Shown here in pieces: positions 42,351-58,498 of a DNA stretch of 64,000 bases; the stretch's first letter is position 1, and each line of letters opens with the position of its first letter. The position numbers and the translations under genes were made by a program. The notes beneath the pieces were generated by a model. It was not told the DNA's origin, ran no database searches, and saw only the letters and a list, made by a program, of their open reading frames with translations. Source of the DNA: the human T2T-CHM13v2.0 reference genome, Homo sapiens. Location: NCBI RefSeq assembly GCF_009914755.1, contig NC_060926.1. One strand, given 5' to 3'.

Positions 42351-43612
42351 GCTTTGAACATGAAGGTACAACTATCTCTTTGAGACCCTGTTTTCAATCC
42401 TTTTGGGTATATACCAAGAAGCAGAATTGCTTGATCATGTGGTATTATATTTTTAATTTTTTGAGGAACTACCATACTATTTTCCACAGTGACTATACCA
42501 TTTTACATTCTCAAAAACAGTCCACAAGGGTTTTAATTTCACCAAATTCTCTCCAACACTTTTTTAATAGTAGCCATCCTAATGGGTGTGAGGTGGTATT
42601 TCATTGCAGTTTTCATTTGCATTTCCCTAATCATAAGGAATGTTAAGCATCTTTTCATGTGCTTATTAGCCATTTGTATACCTTCTTTGGTGAAATGTCT
42701 ATTCAAGTCCTTTGCCTTTTTTTTTTTAATTGGGTTGTTAATTTTTTTGTTGCTGAGTTTTAGTTCTCTATATATTCTGGATGCTAATCCCTTATAAGAT
42801 ATATGATTTGTAAATATTTTCTCCCATTCTTTGGGTTGCCTTTTTACTCTGCTGATAATGTCTTGTCATGCACTTTTTTTTTTTTAATTTTCAAGAAGTC
42901 CAATTTGTCTATTTTTGCTTTGTTGCCTATGCCTTTGGTGTCATATCCTAGAAATCATTATTGTATCCAATGTTATATAAAGCATTTGCCCTGTGTTTTC
43001 TTCTGAGAGTTTTACAGATTTAGGTCATGCACTTAGATCTTTGATCCATTTTGAGTTTTTGAGTATGGTGTTAGGCAAGAATCCAATTTCATTCTTTTGC
43101 ATGTGGATATCCAATTTTCCAAATACCGTTTGTTAAAATGACTGTCCTTTTTCCATCGAATAGTCTTGGCATCCTTTTCAAAATATTTGACCATGTACTC
43201 TGGTTCATTTTGGGGCCCTCTGTTCTATTTTATTGTTCTATATGTCTGTCTTTATATTGGCATTACACTGTTTTGATTACTCTATCTTTGCAATAAATTT
43301 TGAAATCAGGAAATGTGAGTCCTCCAGCTTTGTTTTTCTTTTCTTTTTTTCTTTTTTTTTTTTTAAGACCGGGTCTTGCTCTGTTGCCCAGGCTGGAGTG
43401 CAGTGGTATGATAATGGCTCACTGTAGCCTCAAACTCCTGGGCTCCAGTGATCCCACCCTAGCCTCCTTAGAACAAGCACACACCACCATACTCAGCTAA
43501 TTATTTTTCTTTTTTAGAGATGAGGTTTCAGCTGACACACGCTGGCTCATGCCTGTAATCCTGTTTCCTTGGGAGGCTGAGACCAGAGGACTGCTTGAGT
43601 CCAGGAGTTTGA

Positions 43613-43888
<276 letters not shown>

Positions 43889-44001
43889 TAAGTGGTACTC
43901 CCTGTCTTTCCTCTGCCACCTTGGCCTCCCAAAGAGGGATTATAGGTGTGAGCCACTGCACCTGGCCAAAAAATTTTATTAATTACATTTTTAAATAGTC
44001 A

Positions 44002-44202
<201 letters not shown>

Positions 44203-46438
44203 CTAGAGCCCAGGAAGTTGAGGCTGCATTGAGCACAGCACTTGGCTTGAGTAACAGAGACCCTGTCTTAACAAACAAAAAAAAGACATATACATTATAT
44301 ATTTGTTGTATACGACATGATGTTTTTAAATACGCATACATATTATGGATGGCTAAGTCAGGTTAATTAACAAGCATACTAATCATTTTATAGTGAGAAC
44401 ACTTAAAAATCTACTTGGCAGTGTTTTTTAAGAGTACAATACATTGTTAACTATAGTCATTGTTGCATGATAGATCTCTTGCTATTTTTCAAGAAAGAAA
44501 CATTGTTTTGGCCATTTGCTGTCTTTTGAGACTTCGTATGTATTTTAGGATGGGATTTTTCTGTTTCTGCAGCAAGCTTCATTGGGATTTTAATAGGGAT
44601 TATCTTTAATCTGTAGGTTGCTTTCGGTAGTACTGACATTGTAACAATGTTAAATCTTCCAGTCCATGAACATGGATGTGTTTCCATTTATTTAGGTCTT
44701 TAATTTCTTTTAGCAGTGTTTTGTAGTTTTCTTTGTACAAGATTTTTACATCCTTGGTTAATCCCGAAGTATGTATTCTTTTTGATGTTATTGTAAGGGG
44801 AATTTTTTTCTAATTTTCTTTTCAGATTGTTCATTGTTGGTGTATAGAAATGCAACTGATTTTTCAGCGTTGACTTTGTGTCCTGCCACTTTGCTGAATT
44901 TATTTTTTACTTCTAACCTGTTTTTAGAAAAAAAGAATCTAGAATTTTCTGCATAAAAGATTATATCATCTGTGAACAGACTTCTTCCTAATTTGGATGC
45001 TTTTTTTTTTTCTTGCCCAGTTGTTCTGACTAGAACCTTTAGTACTATCTTGAATAGGGAAGTGGTGAAAGTGGGCGTCCTTCGCTATCTCCTAATGTTA
45101 GAGGAAAAGCTTTCAGTTTTTCACTATTGAATATGATGTCCACTGTGGGATTTTTATATATGACTTTTATTATATTTAGTTAGATCTCTCTATTCTTAGT
45201 TTCTTGACCCTTATGAAAGGGTGATACTACTTCTGTGTCAATTAAGATGACCATGTGGTTTTTTTCCCCCCTTATTAATATGGTATATTACATTGATCAA
45301 TTTTCATATATTGATGCCTTGAACCATCCTTGCATTCTAGGAATAAATAAATCCCACTTGGATTATGGTGTATAATCTTTTTAATATATTGCTGAATTTG
45401 CTTTGCTAGTATTTTGTTAAGAATTTTTGCATCAGTGTTCATAAAGGATATTGGTCTATATTTTTCTTTAGAGCCTTTGTCTGACTTTGATACCAGGGTA
45501 ATTTTGGCTTCATAGAATTAGTTAGGAAGTGTAGGTAATCTTGCTTCCTTTTCAGTTTTTGGAAAAAGTTTGAGAAGGATTATGATTAGTTTTTCCTTAA
45601 ATGTTTGGTGCGTTTTTCACCAGAGAAGCCATCAGGGCAGGGCTTTCCTTTGTCCAGAGATTTTTTTTTTTTTTTTTTAAAGACAGAGTCTAGCTCTGTC
45701 GGCCAGGCTGGAGTGCAGTGGCACAGTCTCAGCCCACTGCAACCGCTGTCTCCCGAGCTCAAGCAGTTCTCCTGCCTCAGCCTCCTGAGTAGCTGAGATT
45801 ACAGGCGTGTGCCACCATGCCCGGCTCATTTTAGTAGAGATGGGGTTTCACCATGTTGGCCAGGCTGGTCTCGAACTCCTGACCTCAGATAATCTGCCTG
45901 CCTTGGCCTCCCAAACTGCTGGGATTACTGGCGTGAGCCACTGTGCCCGGCCTGTTCAGAGATTTTTGATTACTGATTCTAGATACTAGTCCTTTGATGG
46001 ATATGTGGTTTGTACATATTTTTTGTCAGTCTTTATCTTTTCATTTCATTCTCTTAATAGAGTCTTTCACAGAGCAAAAAGGTGTAAATTTTGATTAATC
46101 CAATAGATAAATGTTTTTCTTTTATAGGTTGTTCTTTTTTGTATTAAGTTTAACAAGAACACTTTGCCTAGCTTTAGATGCCAATGGTTTTTTTTGTGTG
46201 TGTGTGGAAAAATTTTATAGTTTTTATAATTTACATTTAAGTTCATGGTCCATTTTAAATTAATTTTCATATAAGCTAGTTGTTTTTTGTTGTTGTTTTC
46301 TCAATGAGTGTCCGTTTGCTTCGGGACCAAGAATGTCTTTTCTCTCTTAAATTGTTTTCTTTCACCTTTGTCAAAATTTAGTTAAGCATATTTGTGTGGG
46401 TCTATTTCTTTGTGGGTCTGTTTCTATTTCTGCTTCTT

Positions 46439-46728
<290 letters not shown>

Positions 46729-47172
46729 CTATTTCTGCTTCTTAATTTTGTCCCATAGATCACTGTCTCTTCCTTCACCAGTACTGTACAATCTTGATTA
46801 CTGTAGCTGTATAATAAGTCTTGAAATTGGGTAGACTGATTCTTCCCAGTTTAATCTTCTTTTAAAAAAATTTTTTTTTAGCTTTGTATTTCCTTCGCCT
46901 TTCCATAAAAATTTTTAGGATAATTTTGTCCGTATTTACTAAAAATCTTGCTGAGATTCTGATAGGAATTATGTTAAACCTCTCTATCAGTTTGAGAAGA
47001 CTTGATGTCTTTACCATGTTAGTCTTTTAGTTCATGAACTTGGTATGTCTATCTGTGTTGTTAGATCTTTGATTTCTTTCATCAGTGTTGCGTAGTTTTC
47101 AGCATGCATTCTGTACATGTAGATTTACATCTGAGCATCTCAGTTTTTTTTTTTTTTTTTCAGTGATAGTAA

Positions 47173-47491
<319 letters not shown>

Positions 47492-49249
47492 TGATCTACC
47501 CACCTTGGCCTCCTAAAATGCTGGAATTAGAGGCGTGAACTGCTGTGCTCAGCCTGTATTTTTATTTTCATTCCGTTGTGTGTATTTTAATTTCCCTTGA
47601 GACTCCCTCTTTTACCCATGGATTATTTTGAAGTATATTTTTGGGTTTCTAAGTATTTGGAAGATTTCTGTTATTTTTCTTTTATTGATTTCTAGCTTGA
47701 TTCTTGGTGGTCAAAGAAACATACTATATGTGATTTTTTTTTATTTCCATAGGTTTTTGGGGAACAGGTGATATTTGGTTATATGAGTAAGTTATTTAGT
47801 GGTGATCTGTGAGATTTTGGTACACCCATCACTCGAGCAGTATACACTGAATATGATTTTAATTTTTAAAAATCTTTTTATGTTTGTTTTATTGCCCCAA
47901 ATGTGGTCTGTTATTGCTGTATGTTCTGTGGGTAGTTGAAAAGAATATGTATTTTTCTATATTTGGAATGTTCTGTAAAGTCACTTCACTTCTGTTGGTT
48001 GATGGTTTTGTTGAATTCTGTAATCTTGCAGATTTTCTGCTAGTTGGTCTATCACGTGGTGGTTACGTCTTCAATTTGTGGATTTGTCTGTTTCTTTTTT
48101 TCAGTTCTGTCAGATCCTGTTTTGTATATTTTGGAGCTTTGTTGTTTGGTACATACATATTACAATTCCTGCATCTTCTATGTGTATTGACCCTTCTTTA
48201 TTACATCTGTCTCTGATAATTTTCTTTGCTCTGAAGTCAACTTTATCAAACATGAATATAACTTACTTTAAGTTAATATTTGCATGATATATCTTTTTCT
48301 CTCCTCAGTCTGCCTACTTTGTTATATTTTGTGTGACTTTCTTGTAGATAGCATACTATTAGGTCATGTGTTCTGGTTGCTGGCTTCTTCATCTCCAAAT
48401 CTGTGATATATGCGATAAAAAGAAAAACCAGGGAATTCACGATCATGTCATCACTGAGACCCCTAGTTAGCCTGCCTTTTTCTCTCCACCTTTCAGTGTT
48501 ATTTGTTTTATATATTAATACAATGTCCAGGGTTTCCAGTTGTGCTTAGAGGAGGAATAGGGAAAAGTACATCTACTTCATTTTCTGAAGTGGAAGTTCC
48601 AGGGCTTTGCTTTATTTATTGCCATATCCCTACTGTCTATGTCATATATCATCAATGTTCAGTAAATATTTGTTGAATGAATTAATGGTTTTTAATCAGA
48701 GTGAATTTGTATGTTATTTATGTATATAAAATACTTGATTATTTCATATTATAAAACATTTAGAGAATACTCGTTTTTTTCCCCACTACCAAGATCAGAG
48801 AGCGAATTATAATTTGTCTTAATTATTGTTTACATTTTGCCCCACTTTCGCTAATCTATGGCAGAAAATGAAAATTGGAGAACGTTTTCAGCCCTGCATG
48901 TTTATATTCTTTACGCCTAAATGATACAAAGTCTAGTAAATAGTTAACTCTTCAATTGTATCATACTTTACTGACACATGAATTGTTGTAGAGATTGAGA
49001 TAGAGACAGTTATGCTCCTTATAATTGAAGTGCTGCTGATAATTTGGGATGTATAAACACAGACTTTATTTAAAAATTATTTTAGTAGTTAGAAATCTGT
49101 TAGCTACCTTTAGAGGTGAATTAAATTAGATAGTATAAAACATTTTGACAGATGCCACCTCGATGAGAATCAGATGCAGGAAATATTTTTTTTCTCTTTG
49201 AGTCTGAAAGGTTTCTTATTGTCTTTCTGTTTAATTGGTGCTGTTATAG

Positions 49250-49416
49250 GTCCCTTCAATAATCAGGAGATGGCAGAATGGTTTCAGGCGGGCTATTTTA
49301 CTATGTCTTTATTGGTGAAGAGAGCGTGTGATGAAAGCTTCCAACCTCTTGGCGATATCATGAAAATGTGGGGAAGGGTTCCCTTTTCTCCAGGTCCAGC
49401 TCCCCCTCCTCATATG
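49250..49416 (+). CDS. GIGYF2: GIGYF2 coding exon, C-terminal half of the GYF domain (GPFNNQEMAEWFQAGYF...PPPHM)
   Basis: TAG acceptor ending 49249; ATG|GTAAGT donor; 167 nt; GPF-x4-M-x2-W-x3-GYF signature. Confidence 0.97.
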
Positions 49417-49997
49417 GTAAGTACCTTTCACCTCACCTGGAATACATATTAGTCACGGAAACACTTGATTCTCTTTGAAAACACAACCCAAATATATCAT
49501 CTAATGAAGGAATTGTAGTTCTTTGAAATTAATGGAAATGGTAAGGGAAAGTCTGAATGGAAGACTGAATACTTAGCTATAATGATCTTTTCAAAACTCG
49601 AATAACCTGTGCCCATCCTCTTCACACCCCAGCTCCTCCCCAACAGGGAAACGGAATCCTTCAGTAGCATTCCAGCAGATGTAGAATGAAGACCAACATC
49701 TTATCCTGGCCTACCTACGAGGTCCTGCAATGCCTGGCACCTTACCTTTCTAAGCTCATTTCAGAGCTTTTACCTTTATCTGCTAGGCTTCAACACAGTT
49801 GACCTCTTTGACTTTCTTTGCTTCCTCTAGTTAGAATAAACATTCCCCTCTCTTCCACTTCATTTGCCTCTTGCCTTCTCATTCATAAAGTTTCTAAATT
49901 TGAGGTTTGCCTTAAAATAAATGTTACCAGTGCTTCACAATATTTTTAGGGCTTAAAAAAATTAGTTACTGGTATTTTAATTAAAAAATGGAACCAT

Positions 49998-50630
49998 GGC
50001 CGGGCACATTGGCTCACTTCTGTAATCCTGGTGTGGGAGGGATTTGGGAGGCCAGAGTTAGAGGATTGCTTGAGCCCAGGAGTTTAAAATCACCCTGGAC
50101 AACGAAGTGAGACCTGTCTCTACAAATAGTAATGAAATAATAATGATAAAAAACTAGCCGGGTATGGTGGCAATCAGTGGCAGAGATGGGATGATCACTT
50201 GAGCCTAGGAAGTTGAGGCTGCAGTGAGCTGTGATTGCACCGCTGCACTGCAGCTTGGGCAACAGAGTGAGACCCTGTCTCAAAAAAAAATAATAAAAGG
50301 AACCGTAATGCTAGTAGTGATCTTTCTAGGGCTCTGACACTGGGGTACTGTTGGCAGGGAAACCCTTCTTCCTCTTGGGCTGCTCTTGGACCCTCTCAGT
50401 AGTGTTCCTTTTGGAGGTCTTTCACCTGTACCTCATTTTTTCTTCTCCAGGTTGGACTGTCTGGTGACGGGCTGTAGTTAAAAGTTACCATAAACCTTTT
50501 TTTTTCTTTTTAAAGAGATGGAGTCTCGCCATGTTGCCCAGGTCAGTCTCAAACTCCTGGGCTCAGGTGGTCCTCCCACCTTGGCCTTTCAAAGTGCTGG
50601 ATTTTAGGCATGAGCCACTGCACCCAGCCA
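49998..50630. mobile_element. AluJ (+, about 49998-50297) and an Alu monomer (-, about 50497-50630)
   Basis: Alu consensus. Confidence 0.8.
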
Positions 50631-51674
50631 ATAAACCTTTAGTGTGGACACTGCATTTCTACAGTAAAGTCACCATTGACTTATTCATCAATTGTATATT
50701 GAGGGCCTGTGCCAGGCCTCGTAGTAGGTTCTTAGGAGATGAAGATGAGCAAGACCTAGCCTCTGTAGTCAAGGGAGTGTGTAGGTGAGGAAAGTGGCTT
50801 TTTTTCCATTTTGTTTCTTTTAAATGTTGATCTTAACCCAGTATTTGATTTCACAATCCACTAATGTGTTGAGACCTATAGTTTGTGGAGAGCAGTGGTC
50901 TAGAATGGAAGATTCCTAGGTGAGAGGAATTATTTCTCACACCATCCTAGTTGTTTTAAGTCACAAGAAAAATTATACTGTGTATTGCAGCATGTAAATT
51001 TAACTTATATATCAAGTTTAAGCCTTATTTCCCTTCTCTGAAATTAAGATGAGTTTTGATCTTACACATCTCAGAAGCTAAAAGCTCATCTCTTGGATCT
51101 TGGCATACTTGGAGTAGTCCACTTCCCAGTTTCCGGTTAGAGGAGCTGAGCCTCAGTCATACCTGCATAGGAGGGAAACTGTGCAAAGCCCTGCTTCCTG
51201 TCTGTCATTGTCTTTGACCTGAATATTGTTGATAAGAAGAGAGCCCCACTTCATGATGAATGTATACCTTGAAACTTAGTTTTTCATGTAGACATTTTAG
51301 ATGAACCTAAGGTAGTAGCTATCCTCCAGTATCGAAAAGCAAGAAAAACGTCTCTGAATTTCAGGTAATCCCTACCCTAAGAAATTGTGTATCAAGTATC
51401 TTATTTCAAACTATAATCAATATATAATAAAGATATAAACTCATGATTTACCTATTTAGTCTGTCATACTTACACTTTTACTTCTGTTATCTTATACTTC
51501 ATGTTTCTTTCTCCTAATTTTAACTTTTTATAATTTAAATTCCAGTCATATTATTTCACATATAAGCTAAAAAATTGGTTTTATTTTACTACAACTTATT
51601 TTTTCTAATTCATGATGTATTAATAGCAACAGAAACAGTTTATTTTGGGGGAGAGAGTTATAGTTATCAAAGTT

Positions 51675-52001
<327 letters not shown>

Positions 52002-52478
52002 TCTTTTTATATTCTTAACATCTTTAAGATACATACTGGCTCCCTGCATTCCTTATATACCATTATAAAATTCTGTAACATTTCCTTTGACCTTTAGATA
52101 CTTTTACATTTTTCTGTGTTATATCCAGTTTCTCTAATTTCTACATTATCTAATTATACAGTCTTTCAGTTACAGTAATAACTCTGAAGTACAGTTGAAC
52201 ATTCAGCTTTAAGGGCAGGAATGGAGAATGGCAGCTGAAATAAGGACCCTTTCTCACCTTAGGGAATCTTTTGTAATATTGACACCACTGTTTCCACTAG
52301 ATGGTGTTGTTTAGTTTTTAAAGATGTCTGAGTTTTTATTCAAGTGTTTGGGTAAAAGGGTAGAGCTGGGAGGTAAAGGTCTTAGATTCATTTTGATTTC
52401 AGATACCTGTACTAAGTGGCTTTTAGGTTCTTTGCAGTTTATTTAATGGTATTTATTTCCTCACCACTTCATTCCTAG

Positions 52479-52570
52479 GGAGAGCTGGACCAGGAACGAC
52501 TGACCAGGCAGCAAGAACTCACAGCCTTATACCAGATGCAGCACCTGCAGTACCAGCAGTTTTTAATACA
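52479..52570 (+). CDS. GIGYF2: GIGYF2 coding exon (GELDQERLTRQQELTALYQMQHLQYQQFLI)
   Basis: attcctAG acceptor; ACA|GTAAGA donor; 92 nt. Confidence 0.94.
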
Positions 52571-52737
52571 GTAAGAAGAGTAATGCAGTAGGATGTACTG
52601 CAGCATGAAAAAGGACTTTAAATAGAATCTGCTCTCAAGTCTCACCTTTTACAGTAGAGAGGACTAACGGCTTATATGGCACTTCAGTCACCCAGCTAGT
52701 GGCGTCTTGCCACCATACCTTCTAATTTTAGTGTTGT

Positions 52738-53044
52738 CATTTATTTATTTATTTATTTATTTTTGAGACAGAGCCTCACTCTGTCATCCAGGCTGGAGTG
52801 CAGTGGCATGATCTCGGCTCACTGCAACCTCTGCCTTCCTGGTTCCATTGATTCTCGTGCTTCAGCCTCCTGAGTAGCTGGGACTACAGGCGTGTGCCAC
52901 CACGCCCAGCCTATTTTTGTATTTTTAGTAGAGATGGGGTTTTACTGTGTTGGCGAGGCTGGCCTCGAACTCCCAGCCTCAAGTGATCTGCCTGCCTCGC
53001 CTCCCAAAGTGCTGGGATTACAGGCATGAACCACCACTCCTGGC
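52738..53044 (-). mobile_element. AluS
   Basis: Reverse Alu dimer with an (ATTT)n tail. Confidence 0.88.
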
Positions 53045-53301
53045 TTATCTTACTTTTAAATACCAGAAGTTTAGAAGATGACACATAACTTTAATTTTGT
53101 AAGCTCTTTAGTTTCTAAGTGCCTCCTGAGTGGCTCAGCTTTGAATGCCACAGAGGAAAAAAAATATATATGTATATAAGCGAGAGGGTGGGAAAGAAGT
53201 TAAAGTTAATTATTTTAGGAGTGGTGTGGAATGATGGCAAAGTCAGTCAGGTTTTGTTATGTCCTTTTTGTAGAAGAAATAAGATTTGCTGTTCTTGTGG
53301 T

Positions 53302-53528
53302 GCAGAGGTTGGCAAAGTCTGACCTTTGGGCTAAATCTGGCCTGCTCTCTATTTTTATATTTATAAGCAAAGTGTTACTGAAACAGACACACCTGTTGGT
53401 TTGTAGGATGTATATTGCTGCTTTTGCCTTATGATGGCAGAATTGAGTAGTTGCAACAGAGAGTATATGAGCTGCATAGATGAAACTATTTACTCTCTGG
53501 CCCATTACAAAAGTTTAACCCTGATCTA
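53302..53528. mobile_element. MER58-like hAT MITE
   Basis: CAGAGGTTGGCAAA...GGGCTAAATCTGGCCTG ... ATTTACTCTCTGGCCC. Confidence 0.7.
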
Positions 53529-54002
53529 GTGAAGAAAAATTACCTAAATTTTTCCAAGTTGAAGACGATCAATGTATGAATTTTTATAGAAGTGTTACAT
53601 TTTTTACAAAGGGTACGTCATATGGTTAAAGCTACTAATTTGAATCTGTTTCATTTTTCATTTGATTTCTGATAAAAGGTTATCTTTGGAGTTTACCAAT
53701 TTTTGACATTCGTGATTTTAAAAATATTTTCTCTGAATAGACCACTTTGCACTGAATTGTGAATTTTTTTGCTATCCTCTTTCACTCGGAAACACGCCAT
53801 CTATGAGTTCAGTTCTTTCTAGAATGAAGCATAGAATTTTCTATGTGTCTATTATCATAATGAAGAATTATAAAATATATTTGATAGCTATTTCTAATAA
53901 TGTCTCCTGGGGGGCTTTGAATTGAACTTTGTCTTTCAGCATCTCAGCCATGTGAACTAAGTGTGGATTGACAGGTTATACTTTTTTTTTTACTTTTTGA
54001 AG

Positions 54003-54110
54003 ACAACAATATGCACAGGTTTTGGCCCAACAGCAGAAAGCAGCACTGTCTTCCCAGCAGCAGCAGCAGTTGGCACTTCTTCTTCAACAGTTTCAGACCT
54101 TGAAGATGAG
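54003..54110 (+). CDS. GIGYF2: GIGYF2 coding exon, Q-rich (QQYAQVLAQQQKAALSSQQQQQLALLLQQFQTLKM)
   Basis: Poly-T tract and AAG acceptor ending 54002; GAG|GTTGGT donor; 108 nt; phase 2-2. Confidence 0.93.
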
Positions 54111-55149
54111 GTTGGTGGTCATTCCATTATGTGTCATATGGGGTGCATGTGTTGTGAAAGAAAGAGAAGAAAGGAGAAATTCTGGTATAGTGTGTGATTT
54201 CTGGCACTGGAACACTCCCAACACATACCTGCATGTTGTATGTAAAAAAGTATATTTTAAAAAAATATTTCAGGTGGAGATAAGCGTTTATTTGGTCTTT
54301 TACTCATAGATATAAATTTTGATTAATCAAAAGACCAAAGAATAATGGGAACTCTTGAGAAACAGTGTCATCTTGTGGAACCTGCGACAGAAAAACTGTA
54401 GCCTAGGATTTTAATTTCACTTTTACTCATAGTATCTCAAAGTATTAGCCACACCACAAAAGGTTGTAATTTTCTAGAACTCAGAAGCCATTAAGGTAGG
54501 TCTAAGGAAAAGGAAATTATGCTAGAAGTCTAGAAGAAATTTCTGCTGTTTCAGATTATCGTTCAGAGTAATATTTCTCCTGAACAAGTATCAGTCACTG
54601 CTCTTAAAAATCTTATTGTCTCATTAAGCCAAAACTGTTTATATTTCTTTTGAGCCTTAACCCATCCCATGAGGTAGGCAGTTTAGGTGGTAGGAGCTCC
54701 ATTTTATGGATGGGCAAACTGGGACTCTGAGAGGCTGTAGGACTTGATTAATGTAACACACAGGAAACTCAGAACTAAAATGCAGACCTTTTTTCATTAT
54801 AATATGCTGTCTCTGTGACTTCTATTGAGATGATCTGGGTTTTTTAAGATACGGATATACAGTATCTTTAAGATATACATATCTTTTAAGATATAGATAT
54901 ACAGTGGGTATATCCATCATTTAGAAGTCAATATGTATTACCATAGAGGATTCCAGAAGTGTGATCATTGTGCCCTTCTCTTTGTTCCACCCCAAACTGC
55001 TTTGGTAGTGTTAAGTTTTAGTAAAAGAGTGAAGGCGTTTTCTAGCCAAATAACCTGGAGAACCTGCTAATCTAGAAATTCCTCTTCATCTTTTTTTTTT
55101 TTTCCTGCAAATGACAAGAACAAGTTAATTTTTTATTTCCCTTTTGCAG

Positions 55150-55250
55150 AATATCTGATCAGAACATCATTCCCTCAGTAACTAGGTCTGTGTCCGTGCC
55201 AGATACTGGCTCTATCTGGGAGCTTCAGCCAACAGCTTCACAGCCTACAG
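55150..55250 (+). CDS. GIGYF2: GIGYF2 coding exon (RISDQNIIPSVTRSVSVPDTGSIWELQPTASQPT)
   Basis: cccttttgcAG acceptor; CAG|GTAAAA donor; 101 nt. Confidence 0.94.
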
Positions 55251-55614
55251 GTAAAAACTTAGATTAACCTTTAGTACCACTCTGAGGATTCAGAGTCTAA
55301 TAATAATTTTACAATTCAGTTCTTAAAAAATATATTAGGTTTCTGAATCCATTTTGTATTTGATATTAACAAAAGGTCCATTTTTTACTAGATCCAAGCA
55401 ATATTGAAGGTGTTACTGAAAATATACTTTTAAGGATTTGTTTGAATTTATTTAGTGGATTTTTTTTTGAGTCAGCATCTCTTTTATGTTGTTCTGATCA
55501 GTGTGGAAAAATCATTTAAATTATTTTCGATCTCTTTAGCCAGATCGGGAAAAAAAGCATACATAAAAACATAGTAATGGTGACCTATTCTTTTGAGTTA
55601 GGAATTAATACAAG

Positions 55615-56265
55615 CTAGGCATGGTGGTGTGTGCCTGTAGTGCTAGCTATTCAGGAGGCTGAGATGGGAGGATTACTTGAGCCCAGGAGTTCCAGGCTGC
55701 AGTGAGCTATGATCATGCCAAGGCATTTCAGCCTGGGCAACAGAGCAAAACTCTAAGAAAGAAAAAAAAAAAAAGTAATTGGTGTTAACAAACACTGTAG
55801 GTACCCAGAAATTTTGGGAAAAGAAAAACCTGCTATGAATTGAGCACCTTTTCTCATTTTTATATTTTTACATCAAATTAGAAAATTTGGGGTTGAGATT
55901 ATTTTAAGTCTTGGTATGGGTGAAGCACCGCTGTTTCTTTGCTTTCTTTTTTTTTTTTTTTTTTTTGAGACAGACTCTTGCACTGTTGCCCGGGCTAGAG
56001 TGCAGTGGTGCGTTCTCAGCTCATCGCAACCTCTGCTTCCCAGGTTCAAGCGATTCTTCTGCCTCAGCCTCCTAAGTAGCTGGGATTAATTACGCTATCA
56101 CACCTGACTGGGTGTACGCTATCACACCTGACTAATTTTTGTATTTTTAGTAGAGACAGGATTTCACCATTGTGGCCAGTCTGGTCTCAAAGTGACCTCA
56201 AGTGATCCGCCCACCTTGGCCTCCCAAAGTGCTGGGATTACAGGTGTGAGCCACTGCGCCCAGCC
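55615..56265. mobile_element. Alu right-arm monomer (+, about 55615-55774) and an AluS (-, about 55935-56265)
   Basis: Alu consensus. Confidence 0.85.
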
Positions 56266-56546
56266 GAGCACCTCTGTTTCTTATGGTCTAAATACTTGCA
56301 GAGATGGATAGTTTGGTCCATGGGTAGTCCTTTCAAGAGATTATAGTTGGTGTTGAAGATCCTCAAGAACTATAAGCCTTGGTGGAGTTTTTCTAGAGCT
56401 GTTGAGCCATTCAGGTCATGGTTCTGTTGTTAACACTGACCCCGCAGATTATTGCAGAAGGATGATTGTCTTCCCTCATCGACTTTCCATGCTGTTTGTA
56501 CCTTATTTTTTCTTGATAGCCGTTTATAGTTAGGATGTTAAGAATA

Positions 56547-57518
<972 letters not shown>

Positions 57519-58397
57519 TATTCTGTAGTGTTTTGGAAACTTTTAAGTACTGTATTAAACAATTTATCTCTTTGGGTTTATATGCAGTCAAGTTCCTTTA
57601 AAAATAGTCCATTGGTTTTATACAGACAATATTTGATGGTGTATAAATAGACTATGATAGGAATGTAGAAATTAGAGAATGCTGAAAAGTGGTGTTAGAA
57701 AACTTCGCTGGCAATAGGAAAATGAACTCAGAAACCATTATCTGTTTGTTTACTTCCAAATGTGATCTTGCAGTGCCCTTCAGGTTAGCAGGACCAGGTC
57801 TCACTTGTAAGACCTGCCTGGCCTTTCCAGAGGTCTCCACAGCTCCAGCTGTAATGCTTACTTGCACTCCCTCTTTATTGAGATGAAATTCATTTAACAC
57901 AAAATTAACCATTTTAAAGTGAATACTTCAGTGGCATTCACAATGTTGTGCAACCACCTACTTCTCTCTAGTTGGTGTGCAGTGAGAGGCTGTAAGGTTG
58001 CTGGAAATCTATGTGCTTTGGAGTGTAATACACTGGGATTTAAATCCTGGCATGACCACATGCTTGCCATGTGCCCTTGGGAGTGTTAGAAACTACTTCT
58101 GACCCTTAGTTTGTTCATCTGTAAAAATGGGGGTATGAATAGAAACATTATAGGGCTTTGTAAGGATGAAGTTAATTCCCTGATAAATGCCTGGTACTTC
58201 CCTTCATTCTAGATGTGTTGAAGGATATTCACAGAAACTAGAGTCCATTGGCAGTTCAGTCTTCTCAGAGGCAAAACAGATGTGTTTGGTGGAGCTCATT
58301 TAGGCACAGGGAAGCAGCTTTTTTCATGATTCCTACGGATATGTCACCATGTGTGTAAGCTCTGTCATTCCTCGTTGTTTCTTTTGTTGTCTTACAG

Positions 58398-58498
58398 TTT
58401 GGGAAGGTGGTAGTGTATGGGATCTTCCTCTGGACACCACGACACCAGGCCCTGCCCTGGAACAGCTTCAGCAGCTAGAGAAGGCCAAAGCTGCAAAG
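58398..58498 (+). CDS. GIGYF2: GIGYF2 coding exon (VWEGGSVWDLPLDTTTPGPALEQLQQLEKAKAAK)
   Basis: gtcttacAG acceptor; AAG|GTCTGA donor (weak); 101 nt; frame continuous. Confidence 0.92.

Noticed and set aside
54055-54069. (CAG)5 as an expandable polyQ tract
   Set aside because: It is only five units, too short to be notable.
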